The notes: generated by a model not told the origin, from the letters alone. A stretch of DNA of 56,687 bases from Opitutia bacterium UBA5964 (GCA_002430605.1 DJBY01000111.1:37691-94377), one strand, 5' to 3'; positions 17,842 through 27,767 are shown, counted from the stretch's first letter. Numbers and translations: made by a program.

Positions 17842-19037
17842 GTTGTGTGTCTTTCGGTAACTGGTGTGGTTGGCAGTGGCTTCAGCTTGCGGCGCTTTTT
17901 TGGATGGTCGGGGATCAGCTCTTTCATGTGATCGGAGCGACCATAGCAGAGGAGAGAGTCATCCGCTTCTAGCACGCGAGTTCCTTTTGGGTTTGAAATA
18001 ACTGAACGCCCACGTCGCAACGTGAGCACCACAACATCTTGCTGTCGTAATCCAGTCGCTTCGATAGTCATGCCAACAAATTTACTACTTTCGGGGATGT
18101 TGATGTCTGCGACTCCATAACCGCGGCTTACTGTGAGACGTTGGCGAATGTCAATTTCAGGGAATTTCACTTGGTCCGCGATGTAGTCAATCACAGCACC
18201 AGCGATATCGAGGCCAGTGGCCCGTTCGATGCCTTCGAAGCCAGGTGATGAGTTAACTTCCATCACTTGCGGGCCCATTGCTCCTTCGAGCATGTCAACG
18301 CCACAGATACGTAGGCCCATGATCTGAGCGGCACGCACTGCCGCCTCTGCGTAAACGGGATCGAGGTCAATGGCTTCTGCTTTACCGCCTCGGTGAACAT
18401 TACTGCGAAACTCTTGCCCCTGAGCGGTGCGACGAATGGCAGCCACCACACGATCGCCGATGACAAATGCACGGACGTCCTTACCTTTACTTTCGGCAAC
18501 GAATTTTTGCAGCAAGACTTGCTGGTTCGTGCTGTGCAAAGTCTCCACGATCGCCTTAGCGATTTCCGGCTTATCTGCGAGAATCACGCCAACACCTTGA
18601 GTGCCTTCAAGTAGTTTGATAATTACGGGAGCACCGCCGACGCGTTCCAATGCTTCTTGCACGTCTCGCTTGTCGTGGACGTAAGCAGTCCGCGGAATGC
18701 CGATGTCGTGGCGTGAGAGGATCTGCAAACTTCTCAACTTATCACGTGAGTTACTGATACCGGCGGACGTGTTTGGAGTATAGATATCCATTTGCTCGAA
18801 TTGGCGAACCACTGCTGTGCCATAGCGCGTCAGCGAGGTGCCTATTCGGGGTAGGATGGCGTCGGGCGTATCAATCTGGGAGCCAATATAATAGATGTCT
18901 GGTTCGCCATGAGCGAGTTCGAGCGTCAACCGCATGGTATTTAGGACCTTAACGGAATGATTCCGCACTTTGGCTGCCTCAATCAGACGCAGAGTCGAGT
19001 AGCATTTTGGCGAGCAGGATAAAATTGATAGTTTCAC
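17838..19037 (-). CDS. rimK: RimK-family ATP-grasp alpha-L-glutamate ligase with C-terminal TrkA-C (RCK_C) domain
   Basis: SRDKLRSLQIL, PVIIKLLEGTQGVGV, FRSNVHRGG, MEVNSSPGFEGIE; extra C-terminal IPESSKFVGMTIEATGLRQQDVVVLTLRRG..NPKGTRVLEADDSLLCYG has the RCK_C pattern. GTG start. Confidence 0.92.
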   Translation of the reverse strand: MKLSILSCSPKCYSTLRLIEAAKVRNHSVKVLNTMRLTLELAHGEPDIYYIGSQIDTPDAILPRIGTSLTRYGTAVVRQFEQMDIYTPNTSAGISNSRDKLRSLQILSRHDIGIPRTAYVHDKRDVQEALERVGGAPVIIKLLEGTQGVGVILADKPEIAKAIVETLHSTNQQVLLQKFVAESKGKDVRAFVIGDRVVAAIRRTAQGQEFRSNVHRGGKAEAIDLDPVYAEAAVRAAQIMGLRICGVDMLEGAMGPQVMEVNSSPGFEGIERATGLDIAGAVIDYIADQVKFPEIDIRQRLTVSRGYGVADINIPESSKFVGMTIEATGLRQQDVVVLTLRRGRSVISNPKGTRVLEADDSLLCYGRSDHMKELIPDHPKKRRKLKPLPTTPVTERHTT

Positions 19038-19219
19038 ACTTTATATAGCATCCTTTCTTTTTGGAAAGAAAAGCTAAATATGCCAGTTCTTGGCTAGCTG
19101 GCCTTGAAATTAATTTCATTTAGGAGGCAGGACACCGCTGTTCATCATCACTGGTACGAGAGGCGAACGAACGGCGCAGGCGTATCGTGTCTTCTGTCGC
19201 TGGCCTTTGGCATTCGCCT

Positions 19220-22036
19220 TTAATGTGCCTCAAGCCAGTTATTGCCGAGGCCGATGTCGATCTCGATCGGGCACTTCAAGTCGAGGGCTTTTTTCATGCC
19301 TTCGGTGACGAGGGCACGTACTGCGGTCTCTTCACTGGGATCGAGGTCGAAGATCAATTCGTCATGCACCTGTAGCAGCATCCGGGTATTGAGATTCTGC
19401 GCGACCAATGCGTTGTGCACGTTCACCATCGCGATTTTAATCATGTCGGCGGCAGTGCCTTGGATCGGCATGTTGATTGCATTGCGCTCGGCTGCGGCGC
19501 GGATGGTGCCATTTCTGGAATTAATATCCTGCAGATAACGTCGCCGTCCAGTGATAGTTTCGACGTAGCCTTTGGCTTTGGCACTGTCCTGCATCCGCAA
19601 CATGTAGCCCGGGATGCCAGGGAACTGAGCGAAGTAGTTGTTGATGATCTCCTGTGCTTCGGTGCGCGAGACGGTGCCCAGTCGTTGCGCCAGACCGAAG
19701 GCGGAAATACCGTAAGGGATACCAAAGTTGACCATCTTGGCGGTGCTACGTTGATCGCGCGTGACTTCGTCGAGTGCGACATCAAAGATTTTCGCAGCGG
19801 TCGCGGCGTGAATGTCGCGGCCTTCGCGGAAGGCGTTGAGCAGGCCTGCGTCTTCGGTAAGTGCAGCGAGAATACGTAGCTCGATTTGTGAGTAGTCGGC
19901 CGAGAGTAGTTTCCAGCCAGGGCGAGCGATAAAGGCTTTGCGGATCTCGCGGCCCTGGGCGCTGCGCACTGGAATGTTTTGCAGGTTGGGATCGTTTGAG
20001 GAGAGGCGCCCAGTCGAGGTTTGCACTTGGCCGTAGTTGGTATGCACGCGACCACTCACTGGATCGATTGAATTGGGCAACGAATCGATATAGGTGCTTT
20101 TGAGTTTGGTCAGTTGCCGATATTCGAGAATATCGGCGATGATGGGGTGCTTCGGCGCGAGCGAGGAGAGTACTTGTTCGTTGGTCGCGTATTGACCGGT
20201 CTTGGTCTTCTTCGGTTTTTCGACCAGCTTTAGTTCGTCGAATAAGATTTCACCGAGTTGCTTTGGTGAGTTGAGGTTGAACTCGCGTCCAGCGGCTGAA
20301 TTGATCGACTCGCGCAGTTTTTCGATGTGGCCTTCGAGCGACTTGCCAGTTTCGACCAGCGTCGCTTCGTTCATTAAAATGCCTTCGCGCTCCATCGCTA
20401 CGAGAACAGGGAGCAGGGGTGTTTCAATTTCGTAAAAGACTTTGGCTTGGCCGCTTTCTTCAAGTTTCGCTTTAAATAGTTCCCATAGCTGCAGTGTTAC
20501 GTCGGCGTCTTCGATGGCATAGTCTGCGAGGGCTTGAGGTTTTACTGAAGAGTAGTCGATTCGCTGGCCCTTCTTTACATTAGGCACGAGTTCGCTAAAA
20601 CGGATGGTAGTGTATTGCAGGAAGTCTTCCGACAGTGTGTCGAGGTTGTGGCGCTGCTCTGGGTCGATCAACGAATGTGCCAGCATTGTGTCGAAGCAAT
20701 TGCCAGCCACGGCTACGCCTTGTTCGGCGAGGATCGAGAGATCGAACTTCAGGTTGTGGCCGATCTTGGCGAGCGTCTCGTCTGCAAAGACGGGGCGCAA
20801 AGCGTCGAAGACTGCGGTGGAGTTGTCGCTTGAGACAGGCACGAACCAACCACTGTGCGCTTTAATTGAAAATGAGATGCCGACCAGATCCACGCTGCGC
20901 GGGTTGAGCCCAGTGGTTTCGGTATCGAAGGCAAAGCTGCCAGCGGCGCGGAGTTCGGCGACGAGTGCGTCGAGTGTTTCGGCTGAATCAGCGATGCGGT
21001 AGTCGGTCTTGGTCTCGGCGAATGTGCTGAGCGCGATGTCGGTCAGGAAATCGAGCTGGCCGGATTCTGGCGTTGAGGAGTTGGCTTTTTGTGCGACCTG
21101 AGTTTTCTCGTCGTCTTCGCTCATAAGCACGAGCTCGGATGCGGCTTCTTGGAATTTAAACTCGTTGCCGAAGATACGTTTGCCTAAGGTGCGGAATTCG
21201 AATTCGGCAAAGAGTGGCACGAGTTTGTCTTTGCTCGGCGCGTCGAGGCGCAGGCTATCCCATTCGGCATCAATTGGCACATCCAGTTGAATCGTGGCGA
21301 GGGTCTTGGAGAGGCGGGCTTGTTCCGCATTGTCGCGCACGCGCTCCTGTTGCTTGCCTTTCAGCTCGTCGACGTGGGCGATGATATTGTCGAGGTTGTC
21401 GTAAGCGGTTAGCAGTTTGGACGCGGTCTTCGGCCCGATGCCGGGTATACCTGGAATATTGTCGGAGACGTCGCCACAGAGGCCGAGCATATCAATGACT
21501 TGATCGACGCGAATGATGTCCCACTTCGCGAGGATTTCGTCGACGCCTAAAATTTCTGCGCCGTCACCTTGGCGGGAAGGGCGATACATTTTGATCTTTT
21601 CGGTCACAAGTTGGCCAAAGTCCTTATCTGGGGTGACCATAAAGACTTCGTCAAAGCCATCGGCCTCAGCACGGTGAGCAAGGGTGCCGATAATGTCGTC
21701 GGCCTCGTAGCCATCCATCTTGAGCACAGGAATACCGAAAGCTTCGGCGACACGGCTAAGGTGCGGCATTGCTGCGGCTAGGTCTTCCGGCATGGCTTCG
21801 CGTTGCGCCTTATATTCTGGATGCAGAATGTGGCGTGCGGTCGGCGCAGAGGTATCAAATACCACCGCGAGGTGGCTGGGTTGCTGCTTGGTGATCAATT
21901 CGATCAAGGTACCAGTAAATCCAAAAATGGCCGACGAGTTAAAGCCTTTGGAGGTATAAATCGGGCTGCGAATCAGGGCAAAGTGTGCGCGGTAGGCGAG
22001 GGCCATACCATCGAGAAGATAGAGCGTCTTGGACAT
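19220..22036 (-). CDS. polA: DNA polymerase I
   Basis: 5'-3' exonuclease (LLDGMALAYRAHFA, GYEADDIIGT), 3'-5' exonuclease (FDTETT), polymerase (TGRLSS.DPNLQNIP, ADYSQIELR, QVHDEL). Start MSKTLY at 22036. Confidence 0.98.
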   Translation of the reverse strand: MSKTLYLLDGMALAYRAHFALIRSPIYTSKGFNSSAIFGFTGTLIELITKQQPSHLAVVFDTSAPTARHILHPEYKAQREAMPEDLAAAMPHLSRVAEAFGIPVLKMDGYEADDIIGTLAHRAEADGFDEVFMVTPDKDFGQLVTEKIKMYRPSRQGDGAEILGVDEILAKWDIIRVDQVIDMLGLCGDVSDNIPGIPGIGPKTASKLLTAYDNLDNIIAHVDELKGKQQERVRDNAEQARLSKTLATIQLDVPIDAEWDSLRLDAPSKDKLVPLFAEFEFRTLGKRIFGNEFKFQEAASELVLMSEDDEKTQVAQKANSSTPESGQLDFLTDIALSTFAETKTDYRIADSAETLDALVAELRAAGSFAFDTETTGLNPRSVDLVGISFSIKAHSGWFVPVSSDNSTAVFDALRPVFADETLAKIGHNLKFDLSILAEQGVAVAGNCFDTMLAHSLIDPEQRHNLDTLSEDFLQYTTIRFSELVPNVKKGQRIDYSSVKPQALADYAIEDADVTLQLWELFKAKLEESGQAKVFYEIETPLLPVLVAMEREGILMNEATLVETGKSLEGHIEKLRESINSAAGREFNLNSPKQLGEILFDELKLVEKPKKTKTGQYATNEQVLSSLAPKHPIIADILEYRQLTKLKSTYIDSLPNSIDPVSGRVHTNYGQVQTSTGRLSSNDPNLQNIPVRSAQGREIRKAFIARPGWKLLSADYSQIELRILAALTEDAGLLNAFREGRDIHAATAAKIFDVALDEVTRDQRSTAKMVNFGIPYGISAFGLAQRLGTVSRTEAQEIINNYFAQFPGIPGYMLRMQDSAKAKGYVETITGRRRYLQDINSRNGTIRAAAERNAINMPIQGTAADMIKIAMVNVHNALVAQNLNTRMLLQVHDELIFDLDPSEETAVRALVTEGMKKALDLKCPIEIDIGLGNNWLEAH

Positions 22037-22127
22037 GGGAGAAACGTTGTTCAGAGGGCGACCACACGACAAGACCGGATTTCACAAAGTGAAAGACCGG
22101 ACTACATCGAAACCCGAATCTGATTTT

Positions 22128-23021
22128 CTATTGGCAGAGCGCGCCGACGGCTTTGCCGGTTGGCAGTGCGCTGCGGGCACCGGCTTTGAGGCAAGTGAGC
22201 GCACCAGTGGCGCAGGCCCGGCGAATGTTCTGCTTGGGTTCGAGTCCTTCGGCGAGACCGAGTGCAAATGCTCCGTGAAAGGCATCACCGGCTCCGGTGG
22301 TATCGACGGCTTCAATGTCAAATGCGGGCGTATGGTGTTGGCCGTATTCGTCTTGCCAATACACGCCGTCCGCTCCCCAGGTGCAGGCGATAAACGGCGC
22401 CGCACCATCGAGTGCGGCCAGAGCAGTGCGTGGGTCGTCTTCGCCGCTGTAATGCTTGGCAAATTTCTCGGAAGTGATCAGGTAATCGACCTTGTTGTAG
22501 AGTAGTAGGGTGCCGTCGTTGATGGAGCCTGCGTCGAGCATCGTGGGAATGCCGAGCACTCTGGCTTCTTCGATCAGTGCTAGTGAGAGCAGTGCTTGAT
22601 GGCCGTCGACCAATAGCACCTTTGCTGGAAAATTTGCTAGGCTGATCGTGTCCTCCGCTGCGAGCGCCGAGGGTGAACGATAGTCGATGATCGAGCGCTC
22701 ACCGTTGGGCTTGATGGTGACTGCTGCGACCGGTGTGGGTGCATCGCCGCGATGTAGGGCGTCGGCATGCACACCATGGCTTGCGAACTCGCGTAGGTGC
22801 GCGTCGCCAAAGGCATCGTTGCCCAAGTAGCCGCTGAAGCGCGCTGAGCCGCCGAGCCGTGCGATGGCGACTGCTGCATTTGCCGCTGGGCCACCGCCAC
22901 AGGTGTGCATGTGGGTGGCGCGCAGTTTTTCATCGGCTGTCGGGTGGTGAGCTGCGTTAAAGTTAATGTCCACACACGCATAGCCTACGCAAAGAACGTC
23001 GACTGGAGTGGGGGTGGTCAT
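22128..23021 (-). CDS. PfkB/ribokinase-family carbohydrate kinase
   Basis: [30 protein letters not shown]. Confidence 0.92.
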   Translation of the reverse strand: MTTPTPVDVLCVGYACVDINFNAAHHPTADEKLRATHMHTCGGGPAANAAVAIARLGGSARFSGYLGNDAFGDAHLREFASHGVHADALHRGDAPTPVAAVTIKPNGERSIIDYRSPSALAAEDTISLANFPAKVLLVDGHQALLSLALIEEARVLGIPTMLDAGSINDGTLLLYNKVDYLITSEKFAKHYSGEDDPRTALAALDGAAPFIACTWGADGVYWQDEYGQHHTPAFDIEAVDTTGAGDAFHGAFALGLAEGLEPKQNIRRACATGALTCLKAGARSALPTGKAVGALCQ

Positions 23022-23055
23022 TGGTTAAGGAGTAAGTAGGCAGAGATCGAATACC

Positions 23056-23127
23056 CGTGGCGTCGTTGCTTGCAACGGCCATTGCTCGCTAGATGACTCT
23101 GGCGTCGTTGCAAGCAACGACGCCACG
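23056..23127. repeat. REP-pair (REPIN-like) inverted repeat
   Basis: CGTGGCGTCGTTGCTTGCAACG (23056-23077) has a perfect 22-bp inverted copy ending at 23127; each unit is itself an internal hairpin. Confidence 0.8.
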
Positions 23128-23139
23128 AATATAATATTC

Positions 23140-24945
23140 CTAGTACACGTCGCGCACGTAGCGTTTGTCGGCTTTGAGCTGCTTGACGTAATCGACTGCG
23201 GCTTGTTCGCTGAGACCTCCCTCTTGGGCGATCACATCGTGCAGTGCTTTATCGACATCATGTGCCATGCGGGTGGCATCACCACAGACGCAGAAAAAGG
23301 CGCCTTGTTCGAGCCATGCATACAGCTCCTTGGCGTTTTCACGCATGCGGTCCTGCACATAAACTTTCTCCGCTTGGTCGCGGGAGAATGCGACGTCCAA
23401 CTTAGTTAGCACGCCATCTGCCAAGTAGCTTTGCCACTCAGTCTGATAGAGGAAGTCGGTCAAATAATGTTGATCGCCGAAAATGAGCCAGTTTTTGCCT
23501 TTAGCTTCGGTGGCTTGGCGCTCTTCGATGAATGCGCGGAACGGGGCGATACCCGTGCCGGGGCCGACCATGATCAGCGGCGTGTCGGGATTGGCTGGGA
23601 CCTTGAAGTGCTTGTTCGGTGAGACGAAGACGTCGACTTTTTCGCCTTCCTCGATGCGATCCGATAAATAAGTAGAGCAGACGCCTTTGCGCTTACGGCC
23701 GTGGGCATCGTAGCGAACGACACCGACAGTTAGGTGAACTTCGCCTTCGTGTGCCTTTAGGCTCGATGCGATTGAATAGAGACGAGGTGGCAGCTTACGC
23801 ATGATGCTGACGAGATCATCTGGGGTGATTTCGGGAGCACGGAACTGGTGCAGGACATCAATCAATTCACGGCCATAGAGGTAAGCCTGGAGTTGCTTCT
23901 TGTTCTCAGGCTTCAACAGGTCATCTAACTCTTTGTTTTGTGAGAGTGCGTAGTAGCGATTGAGCACGGGGAGTGAAATACCTGTCACATCCAACTTGCT
24001 GGTGAGTGCAGTCTCTAATGTGCAGTCGCCATCCTTCAGGGTGACGATCGCGTCGCGGTCGAGGCCAGTGGTCTTCAAGATGTCCTCGACGACGTCCGTC
24101 GCATTGTGAGGGATCACTGCGAGTGCATCGCCTGCTTCATAGGTCAGGCCGGAACCTTCGAGGTCGAGTTCGAGGTGAATGGTTTCCTTGGCAGAGCCTG
24201 CGCCGTTGAGCAGCACGCGCTCTTTGAGTTTCGCTGGGAATGGGTTGGTGCGAGAGTATTTAACTGGTTCAGCCACTGGTGCAGTGGCAGCTGCTGCTGC
24301 AGGCGCAGGCGCAGCGGCGGGTGCGGCTAACACCTTAAGTGCGGCGATGGCACCTGTTTGCCACGCGGCGTAGTCGTCGTCGAAATCAACGTCGCAGTCC
24401 TTGCGATTGAACACGCGCTGTGCGCCGAGGGCTTCGAGGCGGGCGTCAAAATCGATGCCTATTTTGCAGAAATGTTCGTAGCTGGTGTCGCCGAGGCTGA
24501 GCACGGAGAAGCGGGTGCCTTCGAGCCTCGGTGCTTGGTCGCCCATGAATGCTTCGACGAAATCAACCGCATTTTCAGGGGGATCGCCTTCGCCCCAAGT
24601 ACTGACCAGCACGAGTAGGTTTTCTGTGCCCTTGAGCTTGGCTGGCTTGATATCGGCCATACTGACAGCCTTTGCGTTAAAGCCAGCCTTGGCGGCTGCT
24701 TTTACGGTTTGGTCTGCGAGGCTTTCAGCGTTGCCCGACTCAGAGCCGAACAAAACAGTTAATGTCGGCGCTGCTTCAGGTGCGACTGCCACTGCGCCAC
24801 CTTTACCAGCACGGAGGCCACTGATAAAGGCCTCGATCCAAATCAATTGGTCGGATTGCAGATCGGGCAAGAATCCGTTGAGCCATTTCACCTGGTCTGG
24901 TGTGAAGGGTGCTGTGTTTGGTAAGAAAGCGTCAGAGTTACTCAT
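23140..24945 (-). CDS. cysJ: Sulfite reductase (NADPH) flavoprotein subunit
   Basis: Flavodoxin GSESGNAE, STWGEGDPP; FAD RLYSIASS; NADPH MVGPGTGIAPFR; C-terminal RYVRDVY. Start MSNSDAF at 24945. Confidence 0.95.
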   Translation of the reverse strand: MSNSDAFLPNTAPFTPDQVKWLNGFLPDLQSDQLIWIEAFISGLRAGKGGAVAVAPEAAPTLTVLFGSESGNAESLADQTVKAAAKAGFNAKAVSMADIKPAKLKGTENLLVLVSTWGEGDPPENAVDFVEAFMGDQAPRLEGTRFSVLSLGDTSYEHFCKIGIDFDARLEALGAQRVFNRKDCDVDFDDDYAAWQTGAIAALKVLAAPAAAPAPAAAAATAPVAEPVKYSRTNPFPAKLKERVLLNGAGSAKETIHLELDLEGSGLTYEAGDALAVIPHNATDVVEDILKTTGLDRDAIVTLKDGDCTLETALTSKLDVTGISLPVLNRYYALSQNKELDDLLKPENKKQLQAYLYGRELIDVLHQFRAPEITPDDLVSIMRKLPPRLYSIASSLKAHEGEVHLTVGVVRYDAHGRKRKGVCSTYLSDRIEEGEKVDVFVSPNKHFKVPANPDTPLIMVGPGTGIAPFRAFIEERQATEAKGKNWLIFGDQHYLTDFLYQTEWQSYLADGVLTKLDVAFSRDQAEKVYVQDRMRENAKELYAWLEQGAFFCVCGDATRMAHDVDKALHDVIAQEGGLSEQAAVDYVKQLKADKRYVRDVY

Positions 24946-25149
24946 GATAGTTCGCGGTTTGGAAAGTGTAGAAATGAAAGCATTGTACGGCTGAAATGCT
25001 AGCACGAATTCGGGCTTTTGATTCTTTTCTTAGGTTTATGAGTGACAAACTAAAGAAAGGAGCTAGGATCAGTGCAAGTTTTATCTGCGCATCCAGTAAT
25101 CTTCGATATTTACATGGGTTCGCTCAATGCATTTATTCCGACTTCTATT

Positions 25150-26904
25150 ATGATTTCCGACAGTCAAACACCGCAGAAACTGCACAAAAACGAAAGCATC
25201 AAAGATAGCAGCGACTATCTGCGTGGCACCATCCTCGAGGGGCTGGCCGATGTCTCCACCGGTTCGATAGCGGCCGATGACCAGCAGTTGACCAAGTTTC
25301 ACGGTCTCTACCAACAAGACGACCGCGATGTGCGCAGCGCACGTCGTAAGCACAAGCTCGACAAGGCATACTCATTCTTGGCCCGCATCTGCTTGCCGGG
25401 TGGTATCTGCACGGCTGAGCAGTGGATTTTGATGGATGAACTCGCTAACTACTGCGCGTTTAACACGTTGAAACTGACGACACGTCAGGCCTTCCAGTTG
25501 CACGGTATCCTCAAGGGCAACCTCAAGGACGTCATCAGCCGTTGTAATGACGTGGCGATGACTACGCTTGCCGCCTGTGGTGATGTGAATCGCAATGTGA
25601 TGTGCAATCCCAACCCCTTTGCCTCCGAAGTGCATGCTCAGGTGCAACAAATCACTGATGAGATCGACGCGCACCTCAAGCCGCAGACACCCGCCTTTTC
25701 CGAAATGTGGCTCGATGGCAAGCCGCTGAAACTAACTGTTGAGCAAGCTGCTGAGCGCTCTCTGGACTGTGGCGGCACCGATGTGGAGCCACTGTACGGT
25801 AAAACCTACCTTCCGCGTAAATTTAAGATCGCTGTGGCGGTTCCGCCGTACAACGACGTTGATATTTTTGCAAATTGCCTCGGCTTCATCGCAATCCTCG
25901 AAGACGGCAAGCTGGCTGGTTTCAATGTCACCGTCGGTGGCGGCATGGGTATGACCCATGGTAATGAAAAGACCTTTCCGCGTTTGGCTGATGTCATCGC
26001 ATTCTGCAAGCCTGAGCAGGCAGTCGCAGTGGCGGAAAAGATCGTTACCATCCAGCGTGACCATGGCAATCGTGTCGAACGCGCCAACGCGCGGTTCAAA
26101 TACACTGTCGAACGTCTCGGGGTGGACTGGATCCGCAACGAGCTCGAGGCACGTCTCGGTACCAAGCTCGAAGATGCGCGCGATTATAAATTCACCAGCA
26201 CGGGCGACCGCTACGGCTGGGTCGAAGGCACCAACGACAAGTGGAACCTTGGTCTGTTCATCGAAGGTGGCCGCATCGTCGATACCGAAGGTAGCCCGCT
26301 CAAAACCGGGATGCTCGAGATCGCCAAGGTGCACACCGGTGACTTCCGCCTCACTGGTAATCAGAATGTGCTGATCGGTAATGTCGATGCCGCCGACAAG
26401 GGCAAGATCGACGCCCTCGTTGAGCAATACAAGCTAGATGGCTACAAGACCGCATCCGGCATGCGTCGCAGCCAGATTGCTTGTGTAGCGCTGCCAACAT
26501 GCGGACTCGCACTTGCTGAGTCCGAGCGCTATCTGCCGACACTAGTCACCAACCTCGAGGTGATTCTCGAAGAAGCCGGACTCCGCAATGACGAGATCGT
26601 GATTCGCTCAACAGGTTGCCCGAATGGCTGTGGCCGTCCGTATCTCGGTGAGATCGGGCTCGTTGGTAAAGTTCCTGGTAAGTATAACTTGTATCTTGGT
26701 GCTGGCTTCGACGGCGAGCGCTTGAACAAGCTCTACCGCACCTCGATCACTCACGAGCAAATCATCGAAGAGCTACGTCCGCTGCTTCTGGCTTACGCCA
26801 AAGAGCGCAACGAAGGCGAACGCTTTGGCGACTTCGTGATTCGCAAGGACTACGTGAAAGCAACCACCGCTGGGAATAACTTCCACGCGAACGTCGCAGG
26901 GTAG
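25150..26904 (+). CDS. cysI: Sulfite reductase (NADPH) hemoprotein subunit
   Basis: KFHGLYQQDDRD, LTTRQAFQLHG, ACGDVNRNV, YLPRKFKI, ACVALPTCGLA, TGCPNGCGRP. ATG 25150 chosen. Confidence 0.96.
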   Translation: MISDSQTPQKLHKNESIKDSSDYLRGTILEGLADVSTGSIAADDQQLTKFHGLYQQDDRDVRSARRKHKLDKAYSFLARICLPGGICTAEQWILMDELANYCAFNTLKLTTRQAFQLHGILKGNLKDVISRCNDVAMTTLAACGDVNRNVMCNPNPFASEVHAQVQQITDEIDAHLKPQTPAFSEMWLDGKPLKLTVEQAAERSLDCGGTDVEPLYGKTYLPRKFKIAVAVPPYNDVDIFANCLGFIAILEDGKLAGFNVTVGGGMGMTHGNEKTFPRLADVIAFCKPEQAVAVAEKIVTIQRDHGNRVERANARFKYTVERLGVDWIRNELEARLGTKLEDARDYKFTSTGDRYGWVEGTNDKWNLGLFIEGGRIVDTEGSPLKTGMLEIAKVHTGDFRLTGNQNVLIGNVDAADKGKIDALVEQYKLDGYKTASGMRRSQIACVALPTCGLALAESERYLPTLVTNLEVILEEAGLRNDEIVIRSTGCPNGCGRPYLGEIGLVGKVPGKYNLYLGAGFDGERLNKLYRTSITHEQIIEELRPLLLAYAKERNEGERFGDFVIRKDYVKATTAGNNFHANVAG

Positions 26905-27119
26905 TCAGAGACTCGAAGTTGGGAGTTTGATTCTGAGGTTGCACACTTTTTATCAGCCAATGTTCATCCGAGCATTGGCTGATTTGGTTTAGTGATATTT
27001 TTTTTAACCACGAATGGACACCGATGCGCACGGGGATCAAGAATGATACTCTGTTGCAAATTGGGGAGGAACCGCCTCCGTGTGGTCCGTTCGAGGTCTT
27101 CCATTTTTGACTCAGCTAC

Positions 27120-27767
27120 ATGTCCTACTGCAGCATAGCTCGATTTTATAAACTGATCGAATCAGTGACGATCGGGCGTTCGTTGCTAGATGCAAGGCTT
27201 GCGCACCTGCAGCGGCTTGCTGCAGGGCCTGCGATTCAACACGCACTCTTGGTCGGTGAGGGCAATGGCTCCTTTCTGCTGCCGTTCGCTCAGCAGTTTC
27301 CCAATACACTGATTACTGTGCTCGATCAAAGCCCTGCGATGTTGCGGGTCGCACAAGTTAGGCTCGAAGCCGCAGGTATCGACACCACTCGCATTACATT
27401 TCGACGAGCAGACCTGACGGTCGAGCAACTGCCCGAAGGTTGCTACGATCTACTCGTCACTTTGTTTTTCTTCGATAATTTCGATGCCGCCACTGTTCGG
27501 CATATTGTGCCAGTGCTTGAGCGCGCTAGTATGCCGACCGCACAATGGATCCTGTCTGATTTTCAGGTCCCTAACAGCGGGTGGCGACGTGTTCGCGCTC
27601 GCATCTGGCTCACCATTTTGTATGCCTTCTTCCGCTGTGTGGCAGGCATTCCGGCACGTAGCGTGCCACCAACCGAGGCTATTCTGGCTACGACTAGCTT
27701 TAAACAGACAGCTCGTAGCACCTACTGCGGCGAAATGCTCTATAGCACGCTTTATCGGCGGCAGTGA
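27120..27767 (+). CDS. Class I SAM-dependent methyltransferase
   Basis: LLVGEGNGSFL motif I, VLDQSPAML, DLLVTLFFFDNF, WILSDF. Confidence 0.8.
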   Translation: MSYCSIARFYKLIESVTIGRSLLDARLAHLQRLAAGPAIQHALLVGEGNGSFLLPFAQQFPNTLITVLDQSPAMLRVAQVRLEAAGIDTTRITFRRADLTVEQLPEGCYDLLVTLFFFDNFDAATVRHIVPVLERASMPTAQWILSDFQVPNSGWRRVRARIWLTILYAFFRCVAGIPARSVPPTEAILATTSFKQTARSTYCGEMLYSTLYRRQ

